From Candidatus Micrarchaeota archaeon (GTDB lineage: Archaea > Micrarchaeota > Micrarchaeia > Anstonellales > Anstonellaceae): DNA of 64,000 nt. The notes beneath the pieces are model-generated. The model saw nothing but the letters and a program-made list of their open reading frames with translations, searched no databases and was not told the DNA's origin. The translations under genes and the position numbers were made by a program. Each line of letters begins with the position of its first letter. Position 1 is the stretch's first letter. Below, piece by piece: positions 1 to 9,361 of the stretch. Location: positions 125,275 through 189,274 of the forward strand of contig JAOAJY010000001.1 in assembly GCA_026413965.1 (NCBI GenBank). Direction: 5' to 3'.

Positions 1-1188
1 TTCGCTTTCCCATTTTTTGCATCGATTATGACTGGGGAAGAAAATGTTGGCGCATATTCTCCTTTATTAGGCGTGAATATCCATAGCTACTTTCAGGGGA
101 TGGCAGGGATTTTGCAGACAGGATTTGCGTTTCTTCCAGCCTTGTTTGCGCTTGGGGCTTATTTTGCTTTCAAGGAACGCGAGCGGTTTGCGGCTGTTTT
201 GTTGGCTGCGGCTGCCGCTGTTTTTTTGTTTGCTGCCTCGCCTGAGATAAACCGCGCTTTCCCATTCGTGGATGGGCTTCGGCTTTTGCCCTCGTTTTTC
301 CTGCCGTTTTTCTTTTTGGCAGGAATGGGCGCCTCCGGGATTTATAGGGGCATTGCAGGCATACTTGAAAAAAAATTCCCGAAAGGCAAAAAAGGCGCAT
401 TTGACAGGGAAACTGCAGGAGGAGCAGTGGTTTTTGCTTTGATTCTTCCGCTGGCAAGCGTATTTTTCGTGTATATGTCAACAACAATAAGCCAGATTAA
501 AGGCTCTATGGATTCTGCGATGGTGGCTTTGGATTATGCAAGCATGGCTGAAATTTACGGCTTGGTGGGGGAGGAGAGGGCGGTTTTTGAGCCTCTCGCT
601 TTTTCTTCGCAATATCCAACCTATTGGAAAGATATGGGGCAGGTGGTGGCCCAAGGGCACAGCAACAACCAAGAGAGGATTGAAACCTTGGCCAAGGCGA
701 GAGCAAGATACTTTATACTTGGGCCAAACGAGATAGGAGACAACAAATCAACAAACAGGCTGGAAGATATCAGGCAAATGCAACAGGATGCGAGATTTGA
801 GCAAGTGCCAATTATGGGAAGCGCCAGGCTCTTTGTGCTCAAAGCAGGCGAAAATGGCAGAAAGGCATATGTTGATGGGGGAGAGATAAGGTGGCAAAGA
901 ATTAGGTTTGAGCGGGCAAGCCTGTCTGGCGAGTGTTTGGCAGATGAGTGCAACGTCACAATTTTTGCGGAGATTCCGCCCTATGCCTCCTGCAGGCTAT
1001 CTGGCTCTGCTTGCCAATTTGAATCTGACGGCAAAGCCGCCAAAGCAAAAGTTGGCAGAGGCAGCTTTGCTTTGGAGATTGCGCCCCAGCCCAGAATCCA
1101 GGAATGGGCTCTTGCTTTAGCTTCTCTCTTCGGGCTTCTTGGAGTTCCTCTGCTGTGGAGGCTTTTCCAAGGATTTTTGGAAAATTGA
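1..1188 (+). CDS. Multi-pass membrane protein, 5'-truncated by the window edge (possibly glycosyltransferase-associated)
   Basis: Frame is open from base 1 through the ATG at 28; several hydrophobic helices, a soluble domain and a C-terminal TM segment. Confidence 0.6.
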   Translation, partial: FAFPFFASIMTGEENVGAYSPLLGVNIHSYFQGMAGILQTGFAFLPALFALGAYFAFKERERFAAVLLAAAAAVFLFAASPEINRAFPFVDGLRLLPSFFLPFFFLAGMGASGIYRGIAGILEKKFPKGKKGAFDRETAGGAVVFALILPLASVFFVYMSTTISQIKGSMDSAMVALDYASMAEIYGLVGEERAVFEPLAFSSQYPTYWKDMGQVVAQGHSNNQERIETLAKARARYFILGPNEIGDNKSTNRLEDIRQMQQDARFEQVPIMGSARLFVLKAGENGRKAYVDGGEIRWQRIRFERASLSGECLADECNVTIFAEIPPYASCRLSGSACQFESDGKAAKAKVGRGSFALEIAPQPRIQEWALALASLFGLLGVPLLWRLFQGFLEN

Positions 1189-2001
1189 GCTGGCAAGAGA
1201 GGATAAGCCCAGCTGGATTTTGCCCAGCACGGATTTTTTCTGCATGAGCAATCTTTCATGGGAAACCCCGGGCGCAGCCTCAAGCTTGCCGGGCAATTCG
1301 ACCAAAATCCCTTTCCTCAAAAGCAACGCCAGCCCCTCTTCGCACCTTGCGATTGGTATGTTGTTGGCTGCTGAGAATTTTGGGAGGCTGATGGCGCCTT
1401 GGTGGGAAGCCACCCATTCCAAAAGGAGCTCTTGCAGATGCCGGTCGGATACGGCTTCCAGCTGTTTCACTCTGGCTTTGAGCGCCTCATTTTCCTTTTC
1501 CAGCGATGCGCATGCGAAAGAGCACCTTTCTGCCTCAGCTATCAGCCTTTGCCTTTGAAGCTGGGCTTTCTTTTGCTCCGAGGAGAGCACCTCTATTTTT
1601 TGCAAAAGAGACTCGTAAGGCTCAAGCGAAAATCTCTCTGAAAATTCCAGAGATGGGAGCAATGCCGCAGAGGCTTCGCTTGCGCTTGCCTTGAGGTTCG
1701 GCACAAGCCTCAAGCACCTGAGCAGAAGTATTGCGGCCCTCAGCCGCCTTGATTGCGGATGGCATCCTTCTGGGCAAGAGTATTTGGCTGAAGCCTCATT
1801 GCGGTCCAGCTTTATTTGGCAAAAAAGAAGCGGATTGCCATGCATGTCCCTTGAGTCTATTTTGGACAGCAGGCAGGACGACCTGGTCTGCTGGATGCTG
1901 TCAAAGCCCAAGGAAGAAAGATGGTCCAGCTTCGGAAAACTTTTGCCTTTCAGCTCAATTGGAAATCTGATTTCATGGACTGTTTTGCTTTCTTGCGGCA
2001 T
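1117..2001 (-). CDS. Hypothetical coiled-coil protein with C-terminal winged-helix-like segment
   Basis: ORF 1117..2055; likely start ATG 2001 after GAGGGGTG SD; heptad-rich region (LLQKIEVL...LEKENEALKARVKQLE); overlaps the ATPase 3' end. Confidence 0.6.
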   Translation of the reverse strand: MPQESKTVHEIRFPIELKGKSFPKLDHLSSLGFDSIQQTRSSCLLSKIDSRDMHGNPLLFCQIKLDRNEASAKYSCPEGCHPQSRRLRAAILLLRCLRLVPNLKASASEASAALLPSLEFSERFSLEPYESLLQKIEVLSSEQKKAQLQRQRLIAEAERCSFACASLEKENEALKARVKQLEAVSDRHLQELLLEWVASHQGAISLPKFSAANNIPIARCEEGLALLLRKGILVELPGKLEAAPGVSHERLLMQKKSVLGKIQLGLSSLASSIFQKSLEKPPQQRNSKKPEERS

Positions 2002-3496
2002 TGGCACCCCTCTTTTTCCCTTCTTTCCTGCTTTCTTCTTTTTCTGAAAGCTCAAACTCCACTTTTCCTTCGCTTCCTGCCATCCTCAAATTGGAAAACA
2101 CCTCCAAAAGCTGCTTTTCTCCTGCCCCAAGCTCGCGAAGGAGCGAGATTATGGTTGGGCGGGCAAAGCCAAAGCCTTCCAGAATTCGTACAAATTCAGA
2201 GGCTTCCATCGAAAGGCTGCTTTTTTCGAATTTGGCAAGAACGATTGCTGCCTGCTTTTCAGAAAGCCCAAACAAGTGAAGCTGCCTCAGAAGCTCGCTT
2301 CGCTCCAAGCTTATGTCCATGCCACCACCTCTCAGCCTGCAAAATTCTGCCAGCGGCTCCCCATCCACCTTCAATATGAAATCCCGTGAGCATTGGGCAG
2401 GCGTTGCGGTTTCTATATGCACAAGAGCCTGCCCCACTCCCAATGAATGCGAAAGCTCCTCATAGTTTTGGGAGTAAGACAAGGAGGAGCGGACATAGGC
2501 CCTCTCGGAATCCAAAGTGAGCCTGAAGCAGATTGTGGTGCCGCTGTTTGAGAAAATGCTTTTGTGCACATCAGATGGGTTTTGGGATGCGACAATTATG
2601 GAAAATCCGTATTTTCTGCCTTCACGCACTATCGAAATGACATCTGAGCGCTCGTCTGACGCTATTTTCCAAGCCTCATCCACCACCACGAACAGGCGAG
2701 GAAAGGGATTTTCGGAGTAGGAAGAAAGGCGCATGCTCTCCTTCAAGAATTGCAATATGGTCAAGCCAGCAAGGCTTCTTTGCTCCTCTGTGGGGAGAGA
2801 ATGCAGATCTATGCAGACCAAGCCCTCTGATATGGAGCTGATTTTCAGCTTGGAGCTGCAGAAAGACTCTCCAGAAGCCAAAAGAAGATTCCGTATTCTC
2901 CTTGCGCAAATCCTGTGCGCTTCGCTTTGCTTTTGCCTTTTGCCAAGCAGAAAGAGAAGATGCTTGAGGGTGGGGCTTTTCCATCTTCGGTAGCACTCCA
3001 GCATTGCGTCCTCTGTGATTCTTATTTGCTCAGGATAATTGCCAAGGTCGGTAAGCATGCATAAAGCCGAAATCACCTGCCTGGCGCGCACATGCGGCTT
3101 CTGCCCTCCCAAATCCATCATGTTCACTCCGTTCCTGCCAAAATCAACCACCCTGCCTCCTGCCGCCCAAACCCAGCTGGAATATTCTCCTGCCCAGTCC
3201 AAAATCAGAGCCGATGCGCCCAAGACCAGCCTTGCGCGGGTGATGAAAGTCTTTATGAAGTAGGATTTCCCTGAGCCGGTTATGCCGACCACGCACAAAT
3301 GGGGATTGACCAATTTTCTCGGGTCCCAGAAAAACGGCACCCTGCAAAAAAGCGTTTTTCCTATGTATATGGAGGAGGATGGGCGGGAGACGAGGATTTT
3401 TGGGTCAGGCTCTGGCGGGCGCAATAGTATGTTTCTTGAGGCTAGCTGCCCGGAAAGCACCTTGTTGATTTGCAATGATTTCATGAGCTCAATCAA
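1973..3496 (-). CDS. HerA/VirB4-family (DUF87-type) P-loop ATPase
   Basis: NPHLCVVGITGSGKS (Walker A), VVVDEAWK (Walker B), REGRKYG arginine finger, ASQ motif. Confidence 0.85.
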   Translation of the reverse strand: MIELMKSLQINKVLSGQLASRNILLRPPEPDPKILVSRPSSSIYIGKTLFCRVPFFWDPRKLVNPHLCVVGITGSGKSYFIKTFITRARLVLGASALILDWAGEYSSWVWAAGGRVVDFGRNGVNMMDLGGQKPHVRARQVISALCMLTDLGNYPEQIRITEDAMLECYRRWKSPTLKHLLFLLGKRQKQSEAHRICARRIRNLLLASGESFCSSKLKISSISEGLVCIDLHSLPTEEQRSLAGLTILQFLKESMRLSSYSENPFPRLFVVVDEAWKIASDERSDVISIVREGRKYGFSIIVASQNPSDVHKSIFSNSGTTICFRLTLDSERAYVRSSLSYSQNYEELSHSLGVGQALVHIETATPAQCSRDFILKVDGEPLAEFCRLRGGGMDISLERSELLRQLHLFGLSEKQAAIVLAKFEKSSLSMEASEFVRILEGFGFARPTIISLLRELGAGEKQLLEVFSNLRMAGSEGKVEFELSEKEESRKEGKKRGANAARKQNSP

Positions 3497-4398
3497 AACT
3501 CTCCCAAAACCTTTGTTTTGAGGATGTGCAATATGTCTATTTTTGAAGCCTCGGAGGCGATGGTGTTTGAGGCGACTATCTCCTCTGCGCCTGCCTCCTG
3601 TATCTTGGCGTATGCGTTGCCCAAGAAAAGCCCGTGGGTGCAGCCGCAGCAGACTGATGCCGCCCCGCCCTCAACCACTGCGCGGGTGGCGCGAATCATC
3701 GTCCCTCCGCCTGCTATCATGTCGTCAAGTATGACCACTTCCCTGCCTTTGACATCAAAGCCTGCCTCTATGCTTGCGACTGGGCGGAGAGCCTGGCGCT
3801 TGTGGTTTTTGTAATCTCCGCGGACTTTTTTCATGCTTTTTCCGCCTGCCTCAGACACGATGTAGGAGGCTCCTTGGTCTGGGCTTATGAAAAGCGGATT
3901 TTGCCTTCGGGACTTGAAGTAATGCACCAGCTCCCCTGAAAGCGTAAAGTTCCTTATCTTCAGCCCTCCGTAGCTGAATACGCCTGGCTTTTTGAGGAAG
4001 TGGCAATCAAAGGTCGCAATTGAGCTGAAGCCTGCGGAAGCAAGCATTTCGCAGACTGCCTCAGACGAAAGCGCCTCGCCTTGCTTCCATATTTTGTCCT
4101 GGCGGGCATAAGGAAGATAGGGGATTATGGCTTCCATCCGGTTTGCGACCTTTGAGACGGTCTTTCCAATAAGCACAAGCTGAAGAAGAGAGCTGTCTTG
4201 CTTTGGGTAGCACCTGTGGAGGACTTGGACGTCTTTCCCTCTGCATGCTTCCAAATCCCTTATGAAAACGTGGCTTTCTTTGTCTGGGAAGCTTTTGAGC
4301 TCAATGTTGGCAGGAAAAAGATATGATGAGTTTTGGCTCACCAGAAGATAGGTTCCTTTTTTTGAGGCTTGCTGGCTGCTGGAATAGTAGGCGACCAT
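3493..4398 (-). CDS. prs: Ribose-phosphate pyrophosphokinase
   Basis: FPDKES, PYLPYARQDK, SPDQG, ILDDMIAGGGT PRPP-binding loop, THGLF. Confidence 0.9.
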   Translation of the reverse strand: MVAYYSSSQQASKKGTYLLVSQNSSYLFPANIELKSFPDKESHVFIRDLEACRGKDVQVLHRCYPKQDSSLLQLVLIGKTVSKVANRMEAIIPYLPYARQDKIWKQGEALSSEAVCEMLASAGFSSIATFDCHFLKKPGVFSYGGLKIRNFTLSGELVHYFKSRRQNPLFISPDQGASYIVSEAGGKSMKKVRGDYKNHKRQALRPVASIEAGFDVKGREVVILDDMIAGGGTMIRATRAVVEGGAASVCCGCTHGLFLGNAYAKIQEAGAEEIVASNTIASEASKIDILHILKTKVLGEF

Positions 4399-4420
4399 GA
4401 TAGTATATGATAGATGGGTT

Positions 4421-4942
4421 TTAAAGCTGCTGTCTTTCTGCCCCGGCTATCCTTCTCAAGACTGCCACCAAGATAGGCATGTGCCTGGCTTTTGAGCCGC
4501 CCTCTTGGGAAGCGCTTTTGTCGCATCTTGGGCAGGTTGCCTTGCCGTTAGGCAGAATCTTGAAGTGGCTGGTTTCTTTTCCGCAATAAAAGCAGAAAAC
4601 TTGTATCTGCCTGCCCCATTTTTTCGCGGCGCAGCTGGAGTGGGCAATGGAGCCATCTGAAAGCCTGAGGGAGTGCTGGTGGGCTTCTATCCGCCTTGCG
4701 CAAAGGGAGCACTCCGGCAGCTGGTCTATCCGCTCAAGCTCGGAGAAGCAATATCCGCAATAAGCCCTTCCTCTCCTTTGCTTTGACTCCTCTTGCCTTA
4801 CGCGAAGGCCGCATTTGCTGCAGATGGCGAAGGAAGCCTCAGAGGTCTTCTTGATGTAGCAAGGTATGCAGAGCATGGCTCTTGCATAATATGCGGAGTC
4901 ATATTCATCCACCTCTGCTCCGCAAGTCAAACAGAAGACCAT
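4421..4942 (-). CDS. Tandem four-zinc-finger (treble-clef/LIM-like) protein
   Basis: CxxC-x17-CxxC, CxxC-x17-CxxC, CxxC-x19-HxxC, CxxC-x16-CxxC; likely start MVFC at 4942. Confidence 0.7.
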   Translation of the reverse strand: MVFCLTCGAEVDEYDSAYYARAMLCIPCYIKKTSEASFAICSKCGLRVRQEESKQRRGRAYCGYCFSELERIDQLPECSLCARRIEAHQHSLRLSDGSIAHSSCAAKKWGRQIQVFCFYCGKETSHFKILPNGKATCPRCDKSASQEGGSKARHMPILVAVLRRIAGAERQQL

Positions 4943-4987
4943 GCGAAAGATTATCAAAAAGCAAATAAAAAGCAAAGCGTAAGCGCC

Positions 4988-5479
4988 TTAGAAATTGAAA
5001 GCGGAGACTTTGTAAAATTTCGGCTCATTCTGGCTGCCGCAAGCCACAATCAGCTCAAGCCTTGCCAGATGCGCCACCCTCACTTCCTCCTCCAGGCTTT
5101 TTTTGGAAGGGAACTTGCCGGGAGCCAGGCACACCAATTGGCTGGGCCGCTCCTCTTCCCTGCCTACGCCAGGGGAATAGACGCGCAGATATTTGGAGGA
5201 GCCAGAATATGGGCGCACAATCCTTCCTTTTTTGCGGATGAGGGAATAGACTTTGAAGGCGAAGGCAAAAAGCTTGTCTTTTTTTGAGGCGCGCTTGAGG
5301 AATTGCTGCAGGGTTTGGCTTTGGAAGGAGGTATGCTTTTGCTGGGCAAGATATGCTGCCTCAAGCGGATGCAGAAGGTTTTCCTGCCCAGGAAGCCCGA
5401 AGCCTGCCTGCGCGAATTTGGAGCGGAGAGCCTCGTCTGACTCGCAAAAAAGCCCTGCCCCTTTTTTCTCAACAAGCAC
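4988..5479 (-). CDS. endA: tRNA-splicing endonuclease subunit, probably non-catalytic (structural)
   Basis: LHPLEAAYL, FKVYSLIRKKGRIVR, LRVY, VRVAHLAR; catalytic His and Lys positions appear substituted. Confidence 0.7.
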   Translation of the reverse strand: MLVEKKGAGLFCESDEALRSKFAQAGFGLPGQENLLHPLEAAYLAQQKHTSFQSQTLQQFLKRASKKDKLFAFAFKVYSLIRKKGRIVRPYSGSSKYLRVYSPGVGREEERPSQLVCLAPGKFPSKKSLEEEVRVAHLARLELIVACGSQNEPKFYKVSAFNF

Positions 5480-5481
5480 GC

Positions 5482-6648
5482 TTACACCCTGCTTTTTCTC
5501 AACGATAGGACAAAATCTGCCTCTTCCTCATCAAGCCTAAAGTAGCCTGCGGCGCCTTCCGGATTGCGCCTGCAAAGCTCTGCCAGCAGAGGGAGATAAT
5601 GGCTGGCTTGCTTAATCGAGCAGTGGCAGGCGGCTGCCACTTTCCTCAAAAGGCTGAGCCGCGCAGCCCTTGGCTGCTTGGTTGCGCCCATTTGCCTCAA
5701 AAAATCAGGATAGGCCAGGTTTTTGAATTTTTTGTATGGGCCAAGCTTTGACACTGCCACGCCTGCCGAAGCCAAGTCTTTGGAATACCTCAGGTAGCCC
5801 CAGTGCTGCTGCCTGGAAATCCTGCCGTCAAAAACATCCGCGCGAGAAAGGCAGCTGTACGCCTCCGCTATCTCAAAAGGCTTCTCGTATTCCAGCGGTA
5901 TGTTGTGGGCTATCCAAAGTTTCAAAGTGTCATGCTCGACTTCGGAAAGCAAGGCGGCTTTGCGCGCCTCAGAATAGCTGCCAGCTTTGAGTATTGCCCG
6001 CACGACCTCAAAAGCATTCTTTTCTGAATCTCTGGAAGCGTGCATGTTCCTTCCTTTCAAATCGTTTATCGCTGCCCGGACATCTCCGCCTGAAGCCTGC
6101 GCGATAATTCCCAGATGCTCTTGAGGCATCTCTGAGCCTGCCGCCATGCGCCGCAGCAGAGGCAAAATGGACGAGGCAGGCACTCTGCGCATCTCCAAAG
6201 GAGTGCAGTGCGGCCTTATCTGCGAAAGGCTTTTGCTGTAAAGGGAAGCGGCAGTCAGGATTATGGGCTGGCTGGAAGAGGAGACTAGCCTCAAAATCGC
6301 TGCTGCGCCGCCACGGTCTTCTTTGCCAGAAAGCGAATCGGCATCATCTATCAAAATGAGCCGCAGGTTTCCAAAAAGAGTGGAGGAATTTGAAGCATGC
6401 AAGACTACCCTTTCAACCGTTTCCTGGTCGCGGACGTCCGAGGCATTGAACTCCAAAAGCTCCCAGCCAAACTCTTCCGCAAGCGCATGGGCAAGAAAGG
6501 TTTTGCCTATTCCTGTTGGCCCGAACACCAAAAGCGGCTTTTGCGCCTCGCCTCTGCTCCACTTTTCAGCCCACTCCCTTGCGGACCGAACAGCGTCTGA
6601 ATTGCCCACAAGCTTGCTGGTTGGCTTCTCGCCTGAGGTGGCAGCCAT
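5482..6648 (-). CDS. rfcL: Replication factor C large subunit
   Basis: GPTGIGKT, EFNASDVR, LILIDDAD, GDVRAAINDL, LSRADVF..W..LRY. Confidence 0.9.
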   Translation of the reverse strand: MAATSGEKPTSKLVGNSDAVRSAREWAEKWSRGEAQKPLLVFGPTGIGKTFLAHALAEEFGWELLEFNASDVRDQETVERVVLHASNSSTLFGNLRLILIDDADSLSGKEDRGGAAAILRLVSSSSQPIILTAASLYSKSLSQIRPHCTPLEMRRVPASSILPLLRRMAAGSEMPQEHLGIIAQASGGDVRAAINDLKGRNMHASRDSEKNAFEVVRAILKAGSYSEARKAALLSEVEHDTLKLWIAHNIPLEYEKPFEIAEAYSCLSRADVFDGRISRQQHWGYLRYSKDLASAGVAVSKLGPYKKFKNLAYPDFLRQMGATKQPRAARLSLLRKVAAACHCSIKQASHYLPLLAELCRRNPEGAAGYFRLDEEEADFVLSLRKSRV

Positions 6649-6699
6649 GCCTTGATTATGCCGCCATCAATTTTAAACCGTTGCCGCCTTCTTATCCCT

Positions 6700-7857
6700 A
6701 TGCTCATCGGATTGGTTGGCGCGCCCAATAAGGGGAAAAGCACCTTCTTCTCAGCAGCCACCATGGTGGATGCTCAGATTGCCAACTACCCATTCACAAC
6801 AATAAGCCCAAACAAAGGAGTGACATACGTCCGCGCCCCGTGCCCGCATGCGCCATTGGGGCTGCCTGGCTGCAACCCAAAAAACAGCAAGTGCATAGGC
6901 GGAACCCGCCTGGTGCCTGTCAATATTGTGGATGTGCCGGGCTTGGTTCCTGGCGCCCACAAAGGAAAGGGGCTTGGCAACAAGTTCTTGGACAGCATAC
7001 GGGAAGCGGACGCGCTGATACAGGTTTTGGACGGGACAGGAAAGACGGATTTGAATGGAAACCCCTGCGATTTTTCGCCGCCTATTGAGGAGGCCAGGTT
7101 CCTGAAAAATGAGCTTGCGATGTGGATTGCGGGGATAATGAAAAGGAGGGAAGGGAAAGCCGCAACGCAAAAAGAAGCGGCAGTTGCGCTTTCTGGGCTC
7201 AAAATCAGCGAGCAGATGATTGCGGATGCAGCAAGAAAATGCGGGCTGGACATAAGCGGAGGCATGCCTGATGAGGAAGGGATTGAGAGGATGGCGCGCG
7301 CAATTGTGGATTTGCGGATGCCTCTTGCAATCGCGTGCAACAAAGCAGACGCCCCTGGAGCTTGCAAAAACTGCAAAGAACTCAGGCAGGCATTAGGCAG
7401 CGGGGTTTTCATAGTCAGCGCAGCTATTGAGCTGGCGCTCCGGAAAGCCAATGAAAAGGGGCTGATAAAATATACGCCTGGCGACTCTGGATTTGAGATT
7501 GCCGGCAATCCAGATGAGAGGCAGCGCGAGGCGCTTGAGAAGATGAGGCTTTTTCTTGCGGAAAATGGAGGGAGCGGAGTCCAGCAAGCCATTGATTGGG
7601 TGGTGTATGGCTTGATTGGAGGCATTGTGGTCTATCCGGTGGAGGATGAGCACAGGCTCTCCAACCATAAAGGAGAGGTCCTGCCAGATGCCTTGTTGGT
7701 GCCAAGGGGCACAACCGTGCTGCAGCTGGCTGAAAGGATACACACCGATTTTGCCAAAAAATTCATAGGCGCAATTGATGCGAAAAGGAAAATCAGGGTT
7801 GGTGGCGACCATTTGCTCTCCAACGGCGATGTTATAAAGATTATTGCGTCTAGGTGA
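6700..7857 (+). CDS. ychF: YchF/Obg-family GTPase/ATPase with TGS domain (archaeal type)
   Basis: GLVGAPNKGKST, NYPFTTI, DVPGL, NKAD, IHTD; start MLIG at 6700. Confidence 0.9.
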   Translation: MLIGLVGAPNKGKSTFFSAATMVDAQIANYPFTTISPNKGVTYVRAPCPHAPLGLPGCNPKNSKCIGGTRLVPVNIVDVPGLVPGAHKGKGLGNKFLDSIREADALIQVLDGTGKTDLNGNPCDFSPPIEEARFLKNELAMWIAGIMKRREGKAATQKEAAVALSGLKISEQMIADAARKCGLDISGGMPDEEGIERMARAIVDLRMPLAIACNKADAPGACKNCKELRQALGSGVFIVSAAIELALRKANEKGLIKYTPGDSGFEIAGNPDERQREALEKMRLFLAENGGSGVQQAIDWVVYGLIGGIVVYPVEDEHRLSNHKGEVLPDALLVPRGTTVLQLAERIHTDFAKKFIGAIDAKRKIRVGGDHLLSNGDVIKIIASR

Positions 7858-7873
7858 AAGGCAGGTGGTTGGC

Positions 7874-9355
7874 ATGAAAAAGGCGAAAGGCTCTGCAGGC
7901 TCGGGCAGCCAAAAACAAAGCAGCAGTGGAAACCAGAATTTTGCAAATTATGTGATAATTGGGGCTGCAGTGGCTGTGCTTGCTATTTTGGCTTTCATGC
8001 TTCTTGGAGAAAAAACGCCTCCTGCTGCCTCGCCTGCCAGCGGAGCTGCAGCGGAGCTTCTCCTGTCTGCTTATGACAAGGGAGCAGGAATGGTTGCCTA
8101 CCAGATGGCTTACTGGCAGGGCGAAAACGACGACATCAGCAACTACACCCTCAAAAGCTCTGGCAAGCAGCGCTTCGCCAAGGTGGAGGGAAGATTTGGC
8201 GCAATTGAGGGATATTTCGCCTATGAGTCTCCAGAGGCAATTTGCCTGGAATACGGCGAGGCAAAGCACTGCGCGGCTGTTGGAAACCACAGCGGAATGG
8301 AGGAGCTTGCAGGCAGCTTGAAAGCGCTTTTCCCAACCCGCAAGGCATATATGGAGCAAAAGGAGGCTCTCTCCAAGCTCATCAAAAACGGCGCCATACA
8401 ATTTGAAGGCGAAATCCTGCAGGAAAATGCAGGCAGCTTTGCAGCCAAAAAAATAGCATACAGGCTGGATTACTCAAACCTCACAGTCCAGCAGCTTGCG
8501 GATTTGGGGATTGACCCTGCCTCGCCAATGCTGAAAGACCTCAAAGAGCAGAAGGTGGCTTTTTGGATTGATGAGAAGACCGGCATGGTTGTCCGGAGCC
8601 TTTCCACCTATCTTGAAAAAGGAATCCCGAAAAAATACGAGACTTTCTATTCGGAGATTTTGCTTTCCCCGCCTGATGAGATTGCCTTGCCGAATGCCAC
8701 CTTGAGCCCCAGCCGCTTTTACCAGTTTTACCAGCAGGCGAAGGCAGATTTTGTGGAGAAGGAGCAGTGCCGCCTCTCTCCAAGGCAAGAGCAGCCGCAG
8801 TGCTACAAGAACTTGGCGTACAAAAAGGACGACCACAAGCTATGCCAGCCTATAGATGAGGAGAATGAGAGGGAGACCTGCATGCTGATAATTGCCCAGA
8901 AAACGAAAAATGACAGCATATGCGGGCTTCTCCGCAAGAGCAAAGACGACTGCTACATAAACGTCGCTGGGCAAAAAGGAGACTGGGAGATTTGCAAGAA
9001 GGTCTCGGATGCAGGCAGGCTTGAGGAGTGCGCCAACGCAGCAGCGCAAGGAGCTAAGATTATTGAGAGGGAAAAGCAAAGCGCCGCGCCTGCGCCTCCT
9101 AAAAATTGCGAAAAGAATGATGACTGCAAAGTCTTTGGCGCGCAGTATTGCGCCCCAAAAAACTCCACTGGCGACTTTGGGAGCGCTGACGAGTTTGCGG
9201 TTTGCTATGCTTCCATACCATGCGTTTGCGAAGAGGGCTACTGCAAGTTCAAAAAAGACGAGGATTTCTACGCATGCATAAGCAAGATAGAAGAGGGGAT
9301 TACCCGAAAATTCATATTGGACCTGATAGCGCAAAGCCAAAACAAAAGCGGATGA
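7874..9355 (+). CDS. Membrane-anchored extracellular protein with LolA-like beta domain and Cys-rich repeats
   Basis: N-terminal TM (YVIIGAAVAVLAILAFMLL), FWIDEKTG motif, ~25-aa two-Cys repeats, C-terminal Cys cluster; SD GGTGG before ATG 7874. Confidence 0.65.
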   Translation: MKKAKGSAGSGSQKQSSSGNQNFANYVIIGAAVAVLAILAFMLLGEKTPPAASPASGAAAELLLSAYDKGAGMVAYQMAYWQGENDDISNYTLKSSGKQRFAKVEGRFGAIEGYFAYESPEAICLEYGEAKHCAAVGNHSGMEELAGSLKALFPTRKAYMEQKEALSKLIKNGAIQFEGEILQENAGSFAAKKIAYRLDYSNLTVQQLADLGIDPASPMLKDLKEQKVAFWIDEKTGMVVRSLSTYLEKGIPKKYETFYSEILLSPPDEIALPNATLSPSRFYQFYQQAKADFVEKEQCRLSPRQEQPQCYKNLAYKKDDHKLCQPIDEENERETCMLIIAQKTKNDSICGLLRKSKDDCYINVAGQKGDWEICKKVSDAGRLEECANAAAQGAKIIEREKQSAAPAPPKNCEKNDDCKVFGAQYCAPKNSTGDFGSADEFAVCYASIPCVCEEGYCKFKKDEDFYACISKIEEGITRKFILDLIAQSQNKSG

Positions 9356-9361
9356 AATAAG

